A stretch of 45,190 bases of DNA, from NCBI GenBank assembly GCA_903847525.1, contig CAINEA010000918.1:1-45190 (forward strand), given 5' to 3'. This DNA comes from an uncultured Acetobacteraceae bacterium. GTDB taxonomy: Bacteria; Pseudomonadota; Alphaproteobacteria; Acetobacterales; Acetobacteraceae. This document shows, piece by piece, positions 16,590 through 25,324 of this stretch (position 1 is its first letter; the number at the start of each line of letters is the position of its first letter). The notes below the pieces were generated by a model. That model was not told the DNA's origin. It saw nothing but the letters and a program-made list of their open reading frames with translations, and did no database searches. Both the position numbers and the translations under genes were made by a program.

Positions 16590-16670
16590 GCGCCCGGTGT
16601 CTACCTGTTTGGCTGGATTCGTTTCTGATAGTTACTGTTCTGAAGTTGACAACAATGGAGAGTTGAACCT

Positions 16671-17348
16671 GTGCAAAAAAATGGAGCAGACAAAATAGAG
16701 CTCACAGGGCCACTAACGTCTACCGAAAAGGAAGTTGTGGCGCGGTGTATAGCCGCTATGGAATTAGCCCAAAAGCGACGCGGCTGGTGGGCTTCCGCCC
16801 AAGGCCGAGCGGCTTTGGGATACCTGCAGATCTGGGGCGCGACCATTCGGATCCGGAGCGATTCCGGTGACCGAACGGTCTACCCAAAGATGCTCGGCCA
16901 CGGTGGATCGTGGCAGGGAATGCCCGACGGCATGCCCGGAGTGGCGATGATCTACGAATCGGTGAATCGATGGTTCGCCACCCTCGGCCACCGAACACCG
17001 GGACTGATGACGCCGCCTCAGCAGCTACTGTACTGGGTGCACGTCAACGCCACCGACGACCAGGCGCTGGTAGTGCGCTATCAGTTCGCCGACGGATCGC
17101 TTGGAGATCCTCAGCCGGCCACTGATCCGGAGCCAGTAGCGTTTGAGTCGGTGGAGACGCTTGCCGAGGCGTTTGTGCAGACGGCACCACTGTCCAAACT
17201 GCCGAAGTCGACCACTCTGCAGATGGAATCAGCGCTTCTGGAGTGGGGTGCGGCGGGCCCAGCATGGTGGCGAGATGAGCGCGGAACGTTCCTGGAGGCG
17301 ATGCACCTGGCGCTGGCGAGGCAGATGGCCGGTGAATTAGGGTTATAG
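16671..17348 (+). CDS. Hypothetical protein (225 aa); last gene before the late leader (positional candidate late regulator)
   Basis: GTG start after GGAGAG. No motif recognised; any function is inferred from position only. Confidence 0.55.
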   Translation: MQKNGADKIELTGPLTSTEKEVVARCIAAMELAQKRRGWWASAQGRAALGYLQIWGATIRIRSDSGDRTVYPKMLGHGGSWQGMPDGMPGVAMIYESVNRWFATLGHRTPGLMTPPQQLLYWVHVNATDDQALVVRYQFADGSLGDPQPATDPEPVAFESVETLAEAFVQTAPLSKLPKSTTLQMESALLEWGAAGPAWWRDERGTFLEAMHLALARQMAGELGL

Positions 17349-17353
17349 TAGTA

Positions 17354-17392
17354 GTTCTTGCTACTCTCAACGCAAGAACAGGCTTTATTTTT
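17354..17392 (+). terminator. Weak hairpin terminator after the 225-aa gene
   Basis: gttcttgc (17354-61) pairs with gcaagaac (17372-79), followed by aggctttattttt. Confidence 0.4.
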
Positions 17393-17400
17393 CCCAATGC

Positions 17401-17440
17401 TTGGAAAAGTTGCGTGATTTGAACTTAAATTTTGATCACG
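17401..17440 (+). promoter_or_regulatory. Candidate late promoter with overlapping dyad
   Basis: TTGGAA (17401-06), an 18-nt spacer, then TTAAAT (17425-30). The dyad CGTGAT (17413-18) / ATCACG (17435-40) brackets the -10. Confidence 0.3.
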
Positions 17441-17513
17441 TGTGACGGCGTAAGCCGCGCCTGAATGGTGCGAAGCTTGCCTTTACCCCACTTCTAACCC
17501 ATATAGCGACGAG

Positions 17514-17550
17514 GGCCCGGGCCGCGAAAGCGGATCCCGGGCCTTTTGCG
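17514..17550 (+). terminator. Strong intrinsic terminator immediately upstream of the lysis/late genes
   Basis: ggcccggg (17514-21) pairs with cccgggcc (17536-43), with an inner ccgc-gaaa-gcgg stem, followed by ttttgcgttt. Confidence 0.65.
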
Positions 17551-17566
17551 TTTCCGAGGTCGCTCC

Positions 17567-18172
17567 ATGAAACTTGTTGACATTTCACACCATAACGGCG
17601 CCATCAACTGGGCTTCGGCAACTGCGTCCGGCGACGTCGATGCTGTCTACATGAAGGCAACCCAGGGTGCCAGCTACGTGGATCCCATGTTCTTCGCCAA
17701 CCGGGAGAGCGCCAAAGAGATCGGCGTCCCGCTCGGCTGCTACCACTACGTGACACCCACTGACCAGGCGAGCGACCAGGCGGCTCACTTCCTGAACGTG
17801 CTGGGCGGGACTGTTGGCGAGCTTGCGCCGGCGCTCGACTGCGAATCAACCTATTCACAGCCTGGTGGTGCAGAGCAGTGGGCGCAGATTCCGATGGAAC
17901 AGCGGATCCAGAAGATCCTGAAGATCGGCGCCGCTGTAGTTGCCGGAACAGGTGTCCCTCGGCTGGCGCTCTATTGCTCGCCGTCGTTTGTCGATGAGAT
18001 GCTTGGCAACGATCCGCGCCTGGCGGTATTTGACCTATGGATCGCTGAGTACGGTGTTGTTGCTCCTCGAATTCCCGCGCCGTTCACGAGCTACCTGTAC
18101 TGGCAAAACTCAGAGTCCGGCACGGTTCCCGGAGTGGGATCAGGAGACGTCGATACGGACGTGAGCGCGTGA
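17567..18172 (+). CDS. GH25 muramidase (endolysin)
   Basis: VDISHHNGAINW...AVYMKATQGASYVDP...GCYHYV is the canonical GH25 N-terminal signature. ATG 17567 follows GAGG; the track start at 17546 lies inside the terminator. Confidence 0.9.
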   Translation: MKLVDISHHNGAINWASATASGDVDAVYMKATQGASYVDPMFFANRESAKEIGVPLGCYHYVTPTDQASDQAAHFLNVLGGTVGELAPALDCESTYSQPGGAEQWAQIPMEQRIQKILKIGAAVVAGTGVPRLALYCSPSFVDEMLGNDPRLAVFDLWIAEYGVVAPRIPAPFTSYLYWQNSESGTVPGVGSGDVDTDVSA

Positions 18173-18501
18173 ATTGGCTGACTGTCTCCGCAATAGGAGG
18201 CACCCTTGTCGCCCTTATGGGCTGGATGACCACGGTCTATGTCGCGGTCCGTCAGCGGAAGATCGACGCGGTGAACTGGCAGCGCGAATCGGCAAAAAAG
18301 GAGATCGACGATCGCCTGCAAATCCAGGACCTGGCCCAGCGGATCACTCACGTCGAGGAAGCGATTCGCGAGCATCGACCGCTCGATGAGAGGCTGGCCG
18401 ACCACGAGACCCGCATTCAGCTTCTTGAACGGTCAGTGAAGTCGCTTGAGCGCCTCCCGGATCTCTGCAACAGGATCCTGCAGGCAGTGGAGAAGAACTG
18501 A
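18169..18501 (+). CDS. N-terminal TM plus coiled-coil lysis-cassette protein (i-spanin-like or holin/antiholin)
   Basis: GTGA overlap with the endolysin stop. The TM segment is LTVSAIGGTLVALMGWMTTVYVAV, followed by a long helical, charged region. Confidence 0.5.
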   Translation: MNWLTVSAIGGTLVALMGWMTTVYVAVRQRKIDAVNWQRESAKKEIDDRLQIQDLAQRITHVEEAIREHRPLDERLADHETRIQLLERSVKSLERLPDLCNRILQAVEKN

Positions 18502-18680
18502 TGGAGAACTATTCGAAGTACGCAAAGGCGTTTTGCACGGCGTTCGCGGTCCCGCTAATTACCGTGCTCGGAACCGGACAATGGCCCGGCCAGACATCTC
18601 TGCTTCAGGCTTTTGCGGCCGGCCTGGTGGGCACCGGGCTCTTTCACATGACCTCACCGAAGGACCAGACGCCGAGCTAG
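18501..18680 (+). CDS. 59-aa two-TM protein, holin candidate (not in ORF track)
   Basis: Own translation: MENYSKYAKAFCTAFAVPLITVLGTGQWPGQTSLLQAFAAGLVGTGLFHMTSPKDQTPS*. The ATG shares its A with the upstream TGA. Confidence 0.45.
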   Translation: MENYSKYAKAFCTAFAVPLITVLGTGQWPGQTSLLQAFAAGLVGTGLFHMTSPKDQTPS

Positions 18681-18771
18681 TTTCCCGCTTTTGTCGACAG
18701 ACGAGAGCACCGGAGATCGGGACCGGATCAACCACTGCGAGCTGAGGCTCGCCAATTCAAAAGGAGGCCTC

Positions 18772-19143
18772 ATGGCTTTATTTCTAATCTCAGCCTTAGT
18801 AGCTGACAACCTTGGAGTTTCAATTCCGCCGTTTAAGGACCAGCTTGAAATTGCTGGCCTGCCCGGTGCGTTCCTCGGCGCCGCGATCGGAACCGGAAAG
18901 GACATCGAAGCAGTCGTGGCGGTCAAGTCCGGCGCGGACGGATTTGATGTAACCGCCAGCTTCACGGACAATCTCAACATCCCTCTGCCAGAGATCACGA
19001 TCGCCACGATCAAGTTGAGCGGTATCGAATCCCTTGCTCTTTCCGCATTGGTCGGTTCGGGCAAGTCGTTCAACACCACGCTGTCGATCGCGCCAGTTCC
19101 GGTTGCACCTCCCGTGGTTGCCGAAGTCGGAGCGACGCTTTGA
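18772..19143 (+). CDS. Hypothetical protein (123 aa) with hydrophobic N-terminus
   Basis: AAGGAGG lies 4 nt before ATG 18772; N-terminus MALFLISALVADNLG. Confidence 0.5.
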   Translation: MALFLISALVADNLGVSIPPFKDQLEIAGLPGAFLGAAIGTGKDIEAVVAVKSGADGFDVTASFTDNLNIPLPEITIATIKLSGIESLALSALVGSGKSFNTTLSIAPVPVAPPVVAEVGATL

Positions 19144-19493
19144 AGGCGATGGTCCTGGTGGCCGCGCTTGGTCTGGGCCAGGCCGGTACGGCAAACGCTC
19201 AATCGGCTCTTTCGATCCCGTTGGATGGATTCGTCCAGCGGGGGAAGGCGTACGGAGTTACCGCGGTGAAGCTTGGTCAGACGAAGATCTGGCGCATTGT
19301 CATCGAGGGCGACGCGCTTGGAGGCGTCAACATCAGCGACGCCAAGGCTTCGGCAGGAATTGCTGGAATTGTCCCGTGGACGATCTCACCGTTCGGCCAG
19401 TTTCGCTTTGGCGTTGCTGACATGCTCGACGCGCAGAAACGACCGACCTTCAACGGCCTCGGCCTTTATTTCGGCTTCCGGCTCACGCGCTGA
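19140..19493 (+). CDS. Secreted protein (117 aa)
   Basis: Sec-type signal MKAMVLVAALGLGQAGTANA-QS. There is no Cys, so it is not a lipoprotein. Confidence 0.55.
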   Translation: MKAMVLVAALGLGQAGTANAQSALSIPLDGFVQRGKAYGVTAVKLGQTKIWRIVIEGDALGGVNISDAKASAGIAGIVPWTISPFGQFRFGVADMLDAQKRPTFNGLGLYFGFRLTR

Positions 19494-19673
19494 AGCTTCC
19501 AGCGGAGGGTAGAGAGCTCCGGGAGATCCGGAGACAAGGTCTGCTTTTGTAGCTGCATTGATTCCCTCCGCTGGGAACTGCAGACGTCTGCGATGCTTGG
19601 GCGCCGAGCTTTTAGGCAGGCTGATGAGCCGGTTTTCGCCGGTACCAGCAAAGGCGCCCATGCACTTGGACCC

Positions 19674-20285
19674 ATGAATGATTTTGGATTGCCTCGGCCA
19701 AGGATCCGAAAGCTCGGCGAACCTGACTACGTGCCGGCGCCCGAACTTTGGGATTGGACACAGAGCACGTTCATCATCGAGGACGCCGAGCTGGCGAACC
19801 CCGACCACTCGCACCTGTCGGATGCCTATATCGGCTGTCTTTGGGCATGGCAGGAGATGGAGAAGAGCGATCGCCGAATCGTTGGCACCGCCCAGCTGGG
19901 TGAGCCGACCGGGACGGTTTGGGCAGTTGGCCAGCGGAGACAGCAGCTCGCGGAATGGTTCGGCCGAGTGCCAGACTTCCTGATCACCATCGATGCGGAG
20001 TACTTCACCGACTGCACTGAAGGCGAGGCGTGCGCTCTGCTCGAGCATGAGCTTTATCATTGCGCTCAGGCAGCGGACAAGGAAGGAGAGCCACGGTTCA
20101 ACCATGACGGCGATCCGGTTTGGAAGATTCGCGGCCACGACGTCGAAGAGTTCGTTGGCGTTATTGAACGCTACGGCGCCGAAGCTACTTACACCGAGGC
20201 TGTTCGCAGGGCATTTGAGCGCGGCCCAAAGATAACGGCCGCAGTACTTCGCGGTATCTGTGGAATTTGCGCCAAGGCCGCTTAA
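19674..20285 (+). CDS. Phage-type HExxH metallopeptidase (putative)
   Basis: ALLEHELYHC...GEPRFNHDGDPVWKIRGHDVEEFVGVIERYG fits the 'putative phage metallopeptidase' pattern that commonly precedes terminase genes. Start at ATG 19674. Confidence 0.65.
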   Translation: MNDFGLPRPRIRKLGEPDYVPAPELWDWTQSTFIIEDAELANPDHSHLSDAYIGCLWAWQEMEKSDRRIVGTAQLGEPTGTVWAVGQRRQQLAEWFGRVPDFLITIDAEYFTDCTEGEACALLEHELYHCAQAADKEGEPRFNHDGDPVWKIRGHDVEEFVGVIERYGAEATYTEAVRRAFERGPKITAAVLRGICGICAKAA

Positions 20286-20295
20286 GGTTTTAGAC

Positions 20296-20820
20296 ATGTC
20301 AAAGAAAAAGCCAACCGCTCTCACTCAGCAACAGAAGCTTTGGCTGATTCAGGCTTTTGCTACGTTTCTGGGCGGATGCACCGAGGTGGCCGCCGCGTTT
20401 GAAAAGGAGTTCGGTCGACCGATTAGCCGCGGACACGCATGGCAGTACGACGCTGGCAACCCGGCGATGCGGGAGCGTCTTTCGGCCAAGTGGGTGCAGA
20501 TCTTCGACCACACCCGGCAGAAATTCCTAGACGACACTAGCTCGATCCCGATCGCGAACAAAGCTTGGCGGCTTCGCGAGCTCGATGCTGAGTACCGAAA
20601 GGCGAAAAAGAAAGAGCGTGCAGGTCAGCAGCGTGAGATTCTCGAACAGGCGGCCAAGGAGGCGGGCGATCACTACACCAACCGTCGCGAGCTGACGGGC
20701 GCAGGCGGTCAGGCGATCGCGATCGAGACGAAGGACACGACGTTCGATCTGTCCAAACTTTCCAGGGAGCAACTTGACCAGCTCGAAGCTATCCGTCTCA
20801 CGCTTGCCGAGCCTGAGTGA
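20296..20820 (+). CDS. terS: Terminase small subunit (DUF2280-like)
   Basis: Lies immediately upstream of, and overlapping, terL. The N-terminal LTQQQKLWLIQAFATF...EFGRPIS...YD pattern and coiled-coil C-terminus fit the family. Confidence 0.6.
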   Translation: MSKKKPTALTQQQKLWLIQAFATFLGGCTEVAAAFEKEFGRPISRGHAWQYDAGNPAMRERLSAKWVQIFDHTRQKFLDDTSSIPIANKAWRLRELDAEYRKAKKKERAGQQREILEQAAKEAGDHYTNRRELTGAGGQAIAIETKDTTFDLSKLSREQLDQLEAIRLTLAEPE

Positions 20821-22390
20821 AATTCGAGCGGCAAAGGCGAAGCGGCACCTTGCGGAGTTCGTGCGCTACGGCTGGCATGTGGTCGAGCCGGAGACGCCAC
20901 TGATTTGGAACTGGCACATTGAAGCGGTGTGTATGCACCTGGAGGCTCTGACTAGACAGCAGCTTTGGAAGCCTGGTCGACCGGAACCGGAGTTGGGCAG
21001 GCTCCAACGCCTGGTGATCAACATCCCGCCTGGAACGATGAAATCGCTTTTGGTGTGCGTGTTCTGGCCGGCGTGGGAATGGATTGCCTATCCGGGCCTG
21101 AAAAGTCTCTTTGCATCGTATTCGATGGACCTGGCGACCCGCGACTCGATTCGATGTCGCGATCTGATTCAGTCGCAGTGGTACCGAGAATCGTTTTCGC
21201 CGGATTGGCAGCTCAAAGGAGACGCCAACCTGAAGACTGGCTTTGCCAACACTCGAGGCGGGTTTAGGGAATGCCTCTCGGTTGGATCCAAAGCGACCGG
21301 CTACCGCGGCGATAAGGTGGTAGTGGACGATCCGCTGAACGCCAAGGACGCTCACTCCGATACAACTCGAAGCGGCGCGAACTCTTGGTGGGACCGGGTG
21401 ATGTCAACCCGTTTGAATGATCCTCGGACCGGCGTGCGGATGATCATCCAGCAGCGCCTGCACGAAGAGGACCTCACCGGTCACGTGCTTGCGAAGGGCG
21501 GCTACGAGCATCTTTGCCTGCCATCCGAGTTTGATTCTGCCGGCAAGACGTCAACATCGATCGGCTGGCAGGATCCACGGACCGAGGACGGAGAGCTGCT
21601 CTTTCCGGAACTGTTTACGACCGAAGTGCTCGACCAGCTGAAGAAGGATCTCGGCGAAGCTGATTTCGCGGGCCAGCACAATCAGCGGCCTTCACCAGCT
21701 GGTGGCCTCATCTTCAAGCGCCGATGGTGGAAGTACTGGAAGCCGGCCGGGATGGAGTTGCCTCCGATCCGGTTCAAGGACGAAGACGGAACCTGGGTTA
21801 CTAATTTTGCCGAGGATCTTCCTGAACGATTGGACGAGACAGCGATTTCGATCGACTGCACCTTTAAGGATTCGAAGGGTGCCGACAACGTTGCTGCCGG
21901 TGTCTGGAGCCGAACGGGATCCCGTGCCTACCTCCGCGATCAGCGGTGCGAAAAGCTTTCGTTTACGCGAACGCTTGCGATGGTTCGTGAGCTCGCAATG
22001 CTTTGGCCCGAAGCTACCGCCAAATGGGTGGAAGACAAAGCCAACGGTACTGCGGTGATAGACACGCTCAAAGGCGAGATCCCGGGCATGATCCCGATCG
22101 AGCCAGAGGGCGGCAAGATCGTTAGAGCCCACGCGGTGACGCCGGTTATCGAGGCCGGAAACGTCTACTTGCCACACCCGGCGCTGTTCGATTGGGTGGA
22201 CGGATATTTAACCGAGACCGGTCAGTTTCCATTTGGGAAGCATGACGATCAGGTCGACCAGACCACGCAGGCGCTAACTAGGATGCTGGTCGGCCGGCGC
22301 GACCAGGAACAGGCGACCAGCCTGGATGCGTTCAATTCCGAAGCTTACGAGTACCAGTCCGAGTTCAGCGGCTATCAGCCGATCGAGTAA
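20774..22390 (+). CDS. terL: Terminase large subunit
   Basis: ATPase motifs are present (INIPPGTMKS; GYRGDKVVVDDPLN; IIQQRLHEEDL). The C-terminal nuclease motif is FPFGKHDDQVDQTTQAL. Confidence 0.9.
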   Translation: MTSSKLSVSRLPSLSEIRAAKAKRHLAEFVRYGWHVVEPETPLIWNWHIEAVCMHLEALTRQQLWKPGRPEPELGRLQRLVINIPPGTMKSLLVCVFWPAWEWIAYPGLKSLFASYSMDLATRDSIRCRDLIQSQWYRESFSPDWQLKGDANLKTGFANTRGGFRECLSVGSKATGYRGDKVVVDDPLNAKDAHSDTTRSGANSWWDRVMSTRLNDPRTGVRMIIQQRLHEEDLTGHVLAKGGYEHLCLPSEFDSAGKTSTSIGWQDPRTEDGELLFPELFTTEVLDQLKKDLGEADFAGQHNQRPSPAGGLIFKRRWWKYWKPAGMELPPIRFKDEDGTWVTNFAEDLPERLDETAISIDCTFKDSKGADNVAAGVWSRTGSRAYLRDQRCEKLSFTRTLAMVRELAMLWPEATAKWVEDKANGTAVIDTLKGEIPGMIPIEPEGGKIVRAHAVTPVIEAGNVYLPHPALFDWVDGYLTETGQFPFGKHDDQVDQTTQALTRMLVGRRDQEQATSLDAFNSEAYEYQSEFSGYQPIE

Positions 22391-22392
22391 CC

Positions 22393-24069
22393 ATGGCAGA
22401 CCAAGAATTCACGTCGATTGCGCCAGCACAGGCTGTTTGGCCCGCGCCGTCGACCGACATGACCGCCGACTTCATTGGCTCTTCGGTTGAGTACGGCTAC
22501 TGGGACGTCCAGCATGTACTGCCTCAGACCATTGATGATGCCGAGCGCCTGTACGGGCCCGACATCTACGAGCGCATGGCCACGGATCCTCTGATGGCAG
22601 GCATTGACCGCGTTCTCAAGGTTCTGGTGGTCGCAGACGGGCTGTCGATTCTGCCGTCTCACTCCCAGCCTTCAGGGAGCAGCACCACGCAGGATGACTT
22701 CGCCAACTACGAACAGGCGAAATTCTACGCGGACTACGTGTCGTACTGCATCCAGCGCCTCGAAGAGTTCGATGAGCCGATCGACGCAACGATCATCGAC
22801 CTGCTCAACGGATGCAGGCTTGGCCACCAGTTGGCTGAGGTCACTTACGAAAATTTGCCGAAAGGCGAGCATGCCGGCAAGCTTGGCATCAAGTCGATCG
22901 ACTGCAAGCCTCGGCGCAACTATGCGTTCGCCGTGGATCCGTGGAACAAGCTGGTCGGCGTGATCGGCGTTGTTCCCGGCGTCTCTCCACTAATCTGGAC
23001 CGGCATAGTCAACAACGTCGCTCAGTTCCCGAACTGCATCGCTCCGGAGAAGGTTATGATCTTCTCACTTGAGCGGCGCAATCGCAACCCTCAGGGCGTG
23101 AGCTGGTGGCGCGGCTGCTACGATCCCTGGCAGCGCAAGCAGACCCAGAAGAAGAACACGGTCAACGCCGGCACCCAGACCGGCGGCGGCCTGGTCACGG
23201 CCGTCGCTCCGGAGCTCAACAAAGGCCAAAGCTTCGTGGATCCGCTTACGGGCAAGGAAGTCACCCAGACCCAGGCGATCTACAACGCGCTGCGCGGGCT
23301 TGGGAGCGGCAGGCCTGGCGTGTTCCCCAATGGAACGGTGATCGAGGTTCACCAGCCGCCGAGCGCCAACAACTATTTCGACTGGTTCTTCGACTATTGC
23401 GACAAAGAGATCGTGACCGCGTTCCTGCTTTCCTCAAGGTCCGTACTGGAAGCCAAGCACGGAAGCAAGGCAGATAGCGGCAACAGCCAGGATCTGCTTG
23501 ACGAGCTGAAGATGTTCGTGCGGTCGCGGATATGCCAGCAGCTTACGATTCTTGGCCGCCGCCTGCTTCGCATGAGCTTCGGGGATGAGGTTGCGAGCAA
23601 GTTCGCTCCGAAGTTCTCGATGCAGAAGGCCTCGAGACCCGACTTCGCGTCGAATGCCACCGCAATCGGAGGCCTTTATCAGGGTCTCACCGCGGCAGGC
23701 AAGATTCTCAGCCCGAATCAGGACGCCTACTTCCTCCAGGAAGTGCTTGGAGCTCCGGCTCCGGATGCCGACGTCGATGCTCACACCGACGCGAACGAAA
23801 TCGACACTGATGACGATGAGGACGACATTCCAGGAGGTGATTCGGCTGGATCAGCCGGGTTTCCAGCTGGCGACGTTCGCACCACAGGACCGGCCAAGCG
23901 ACCAGGCGCAGCGGCCCCCAAGCCGACCGCCAAGAAGAACAGCGCAGGCTTCTCAGCCCATTCCGATGGACGCCGACTACCAGAAGTCGATGAAGGCCGT
24001 GCAGCGCAGGCTCGAGAAATTAAACGAGTCCTTGACGAATGGCGCAATCAACCCCGAAGAATGGGCTGA
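22393..24069 (+). CDS. Portal protein
   Basis: 558 aa, directly after terL, with an acidic C-terminal tail. Size and position are typical. The family was not verified. Confidence 0.7.
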   Translation: MADQEFTSIAPAQAVWPAPSTDMTADFIGSSVEYGYWDVQHVLPQTIDDAERLYGPDIYERMATDPLMAGIDRVLKVLVVADGLSILPSHSQPSGSSTTQDDFANYEQAKFYADYVSYCIQRLEEFDEPIDATIIDLLNGCRLGHQLAEVTYENLPKGEHAGKLGIKSIDCKPRRNYAFAVDPWNKLVGVIGVVPGVSPLIWTGIVNNVAQFPNCIAPEKVMIFSLERRNRNPQGVSWWRGCYDPWQRKQTQKKNTVNAGTQTGGGLVTAVAPELNKGQSFVDPLTGKEVTQTQAIYNALRGLGSGRPGVFPNGTVIEVHQPPSANNYFDWFFDYCDKEIVTAFLLSSRSVLEAKHGSKADSGNSQDLLDELKMFVRSRICQQLTILGRRLLRMSFGDEVASKFAPKFSMQKASRPDFASNATAIGGLYQGLTAAGKILSPNQDAYFLQEVLGAPAPDADVDAHTDANEIDTDDDEDDIPGGDSAGSAGFPAGDVRTTGPAKRPGAAAPKPTAKKNSAGFSAHSDGRRLPEVDEGRAAQAREIKRVLDEWRNQPRRMG

Positions 24070-25324
24070 CAAGATGGACGCCATCCTGCTGGATGGCCAT
24101 TTCGAGGCGCTCAAGCTTGGATATGAGCGTGCCGGAGTATTCGACTACGATGCAGACCACCTGAAGATGCTGGCACGAGGGATCAAAGACAAAGAGTCCG
24201 ACTTCCTGCAGGGCTACCACGATCAAAACGGTGGGTGGCATCGAGGATTCCTCGGTGACATCAAGTCGGGCGATGATCCTCGATACTTCAATGAGGACGG
24301 GACATTCAGGCCTGGATCTCTTGATGCTCGATCTGACCTATATGTCGGCCGCATGCGCGGAAGCGCGAACGAAGCTTTTGCGATCGCCTCATTCGAGGAG
24401 GATCCTGAGACCGAGTTCACGTGGGCTTTGGGTGGCACCGAAGACCACTGCGAGGACTGTCCAGAGATAGCGGCGGGATCACCCTACACTCAGGACACGC
24501 TCTACACGTACCCAGGAGCTGGAGATACGGAATGCCTTGGCAGATGTCTGTGCATCCTGGAGCGCGAAGACGGCGCCACCGGGTTTGCAAACCACAATTC
24601 AGGTGCGGCCGGCCCCGACGCACAAGACGAAGAAGAGGAACCTCTAATCGGTGATCCAGTTTCGATTGGCGATTCGATCACTCCGGACAGTGGAATAGCC
24701 AAGGACCTGCTGGGTGCAAGTCTCGCGGCGATTGACGATAGCGTTCTGATCGATGTGGCGGACGCTGACCGCTATAAGTTTATGGTCGGAAGACTAGATC
24801 CTGGCGAGCTTGGAGTTCACTCTCGAGCTGGTCTGATCGCGGTCGACGTTGCCCAGGCCCAACAGCAGTCATTGATGGTGGCAATCCACGAGATCGGCCA
24901 CATGGTCGATGCTTCGTTTCTGAACGCGGGACGCGGCAGAGCTGCCCTGAAGGGAACCAGGTACGGTTCTGAGCAGGCGAGGAAGGGCAAAGGAGTGCTG
25001 ACAGGCTGGTGGAATGCCGTGAAGAAGTCGCAGGCGTTCAAGAACCTGACGGCGGCATCCAAGAGCGAAGACGTTCTCCCAGGCGTCCGCGAATTCATCA
25101 AGAATTATCTCTTGAATGAAAAGGAGCTTTGGGCCAGATCGTTTGCTCAGTTTGTCGCCACTTCTGACGAAGCAAAGGGCGAAGCCCTGAATTGGCAGGC
25201 GGCGTACAATGAAGTTGCGGCACCTGGTGTTTCCGAAAGGATTCACTGGGACGCGAAGGACTTTGAGCCGATTCGAGAAGAGATCGAAAAGGCCTTTGCC
25301 GCGAAAGGATGGAAGCAGAAATGA
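23966..25324 (+). CDS. MuF/SPP1-gp7-like minor head protein fused to a C-terminal HExxH domain
   Basis: MuF-type motif WALGGTEDHCEDCPEIAAG...YPGAGDTECLGRCLCIL, then an acidic linker, then a roughly 220-aa domain with AIHEIGHMVD (24887-24901). The start is uncertain (ATG 23966, 23990 or 24074). Confidence 0.7.
   Translation: MDADYQKSMKAVQRRLEKLNESLTNGAINPEEWADKMDAILLDGHFEALKLGYERAGVFDYDADHLKMLARGIKDKESDFLQGYHDQNGGWHRGFLGDIKSGDDPRYFNEDGTFRPGSLDARSDLYVGRMRGSANEAFAIASFEEDPETEFTWALGGTEDHCEDCPEIAAGSPYTQDTLYTYPGAGDTECLGRCLCILEREDGATGFANHNSGAAGPDAQDEEEEPLIGDPVSIGDSITPDSGIAKDLLGASLAAIDDSVLIDVADADRYKFMVGRLDPGELGVHSRAGLIAVDVAQAQQQSLMVAIHEIGHMVDASFLNAGRGRAALKGTRYGSEQARKGKGVLTGWWNAVKKSQAFKNLTAASKSEDVLPGVREFIKNYLLNEKELWARSFAQFVATSDEAKGEALNWQAAYNEVAAPGVSERIHWDAKDFEPIREEIEKAFAAKGWKQK

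Noticed and set aside
18174-18389. Embedded Rz1-like o-spanin ORF (71 aa) inside the TM/coiled-coil gene
   Set aside because: It has no signal peptide or lipobox Cys. The out-of-frame product is Arg/Gly-rich.
19386-20324. 312-aa minus-strand ORF
   Set aside because: It is antisense to the HExxH metallopeptidase and the terS start, which carry recognisable motifs. It has the composition of a shadow ORF typical of high-G+C DNA, with no RBS or coupling.
3027-25324. Mu-like transposable phage (because Gam-like and MuF-like proteins are present)
   Set aside because: There is no MuA/MuB-type transposase. Instead there are a tyrosine integrase, an att duplication, a CI/S24 repressor and a primase-helicase, so replication is not transpositional.
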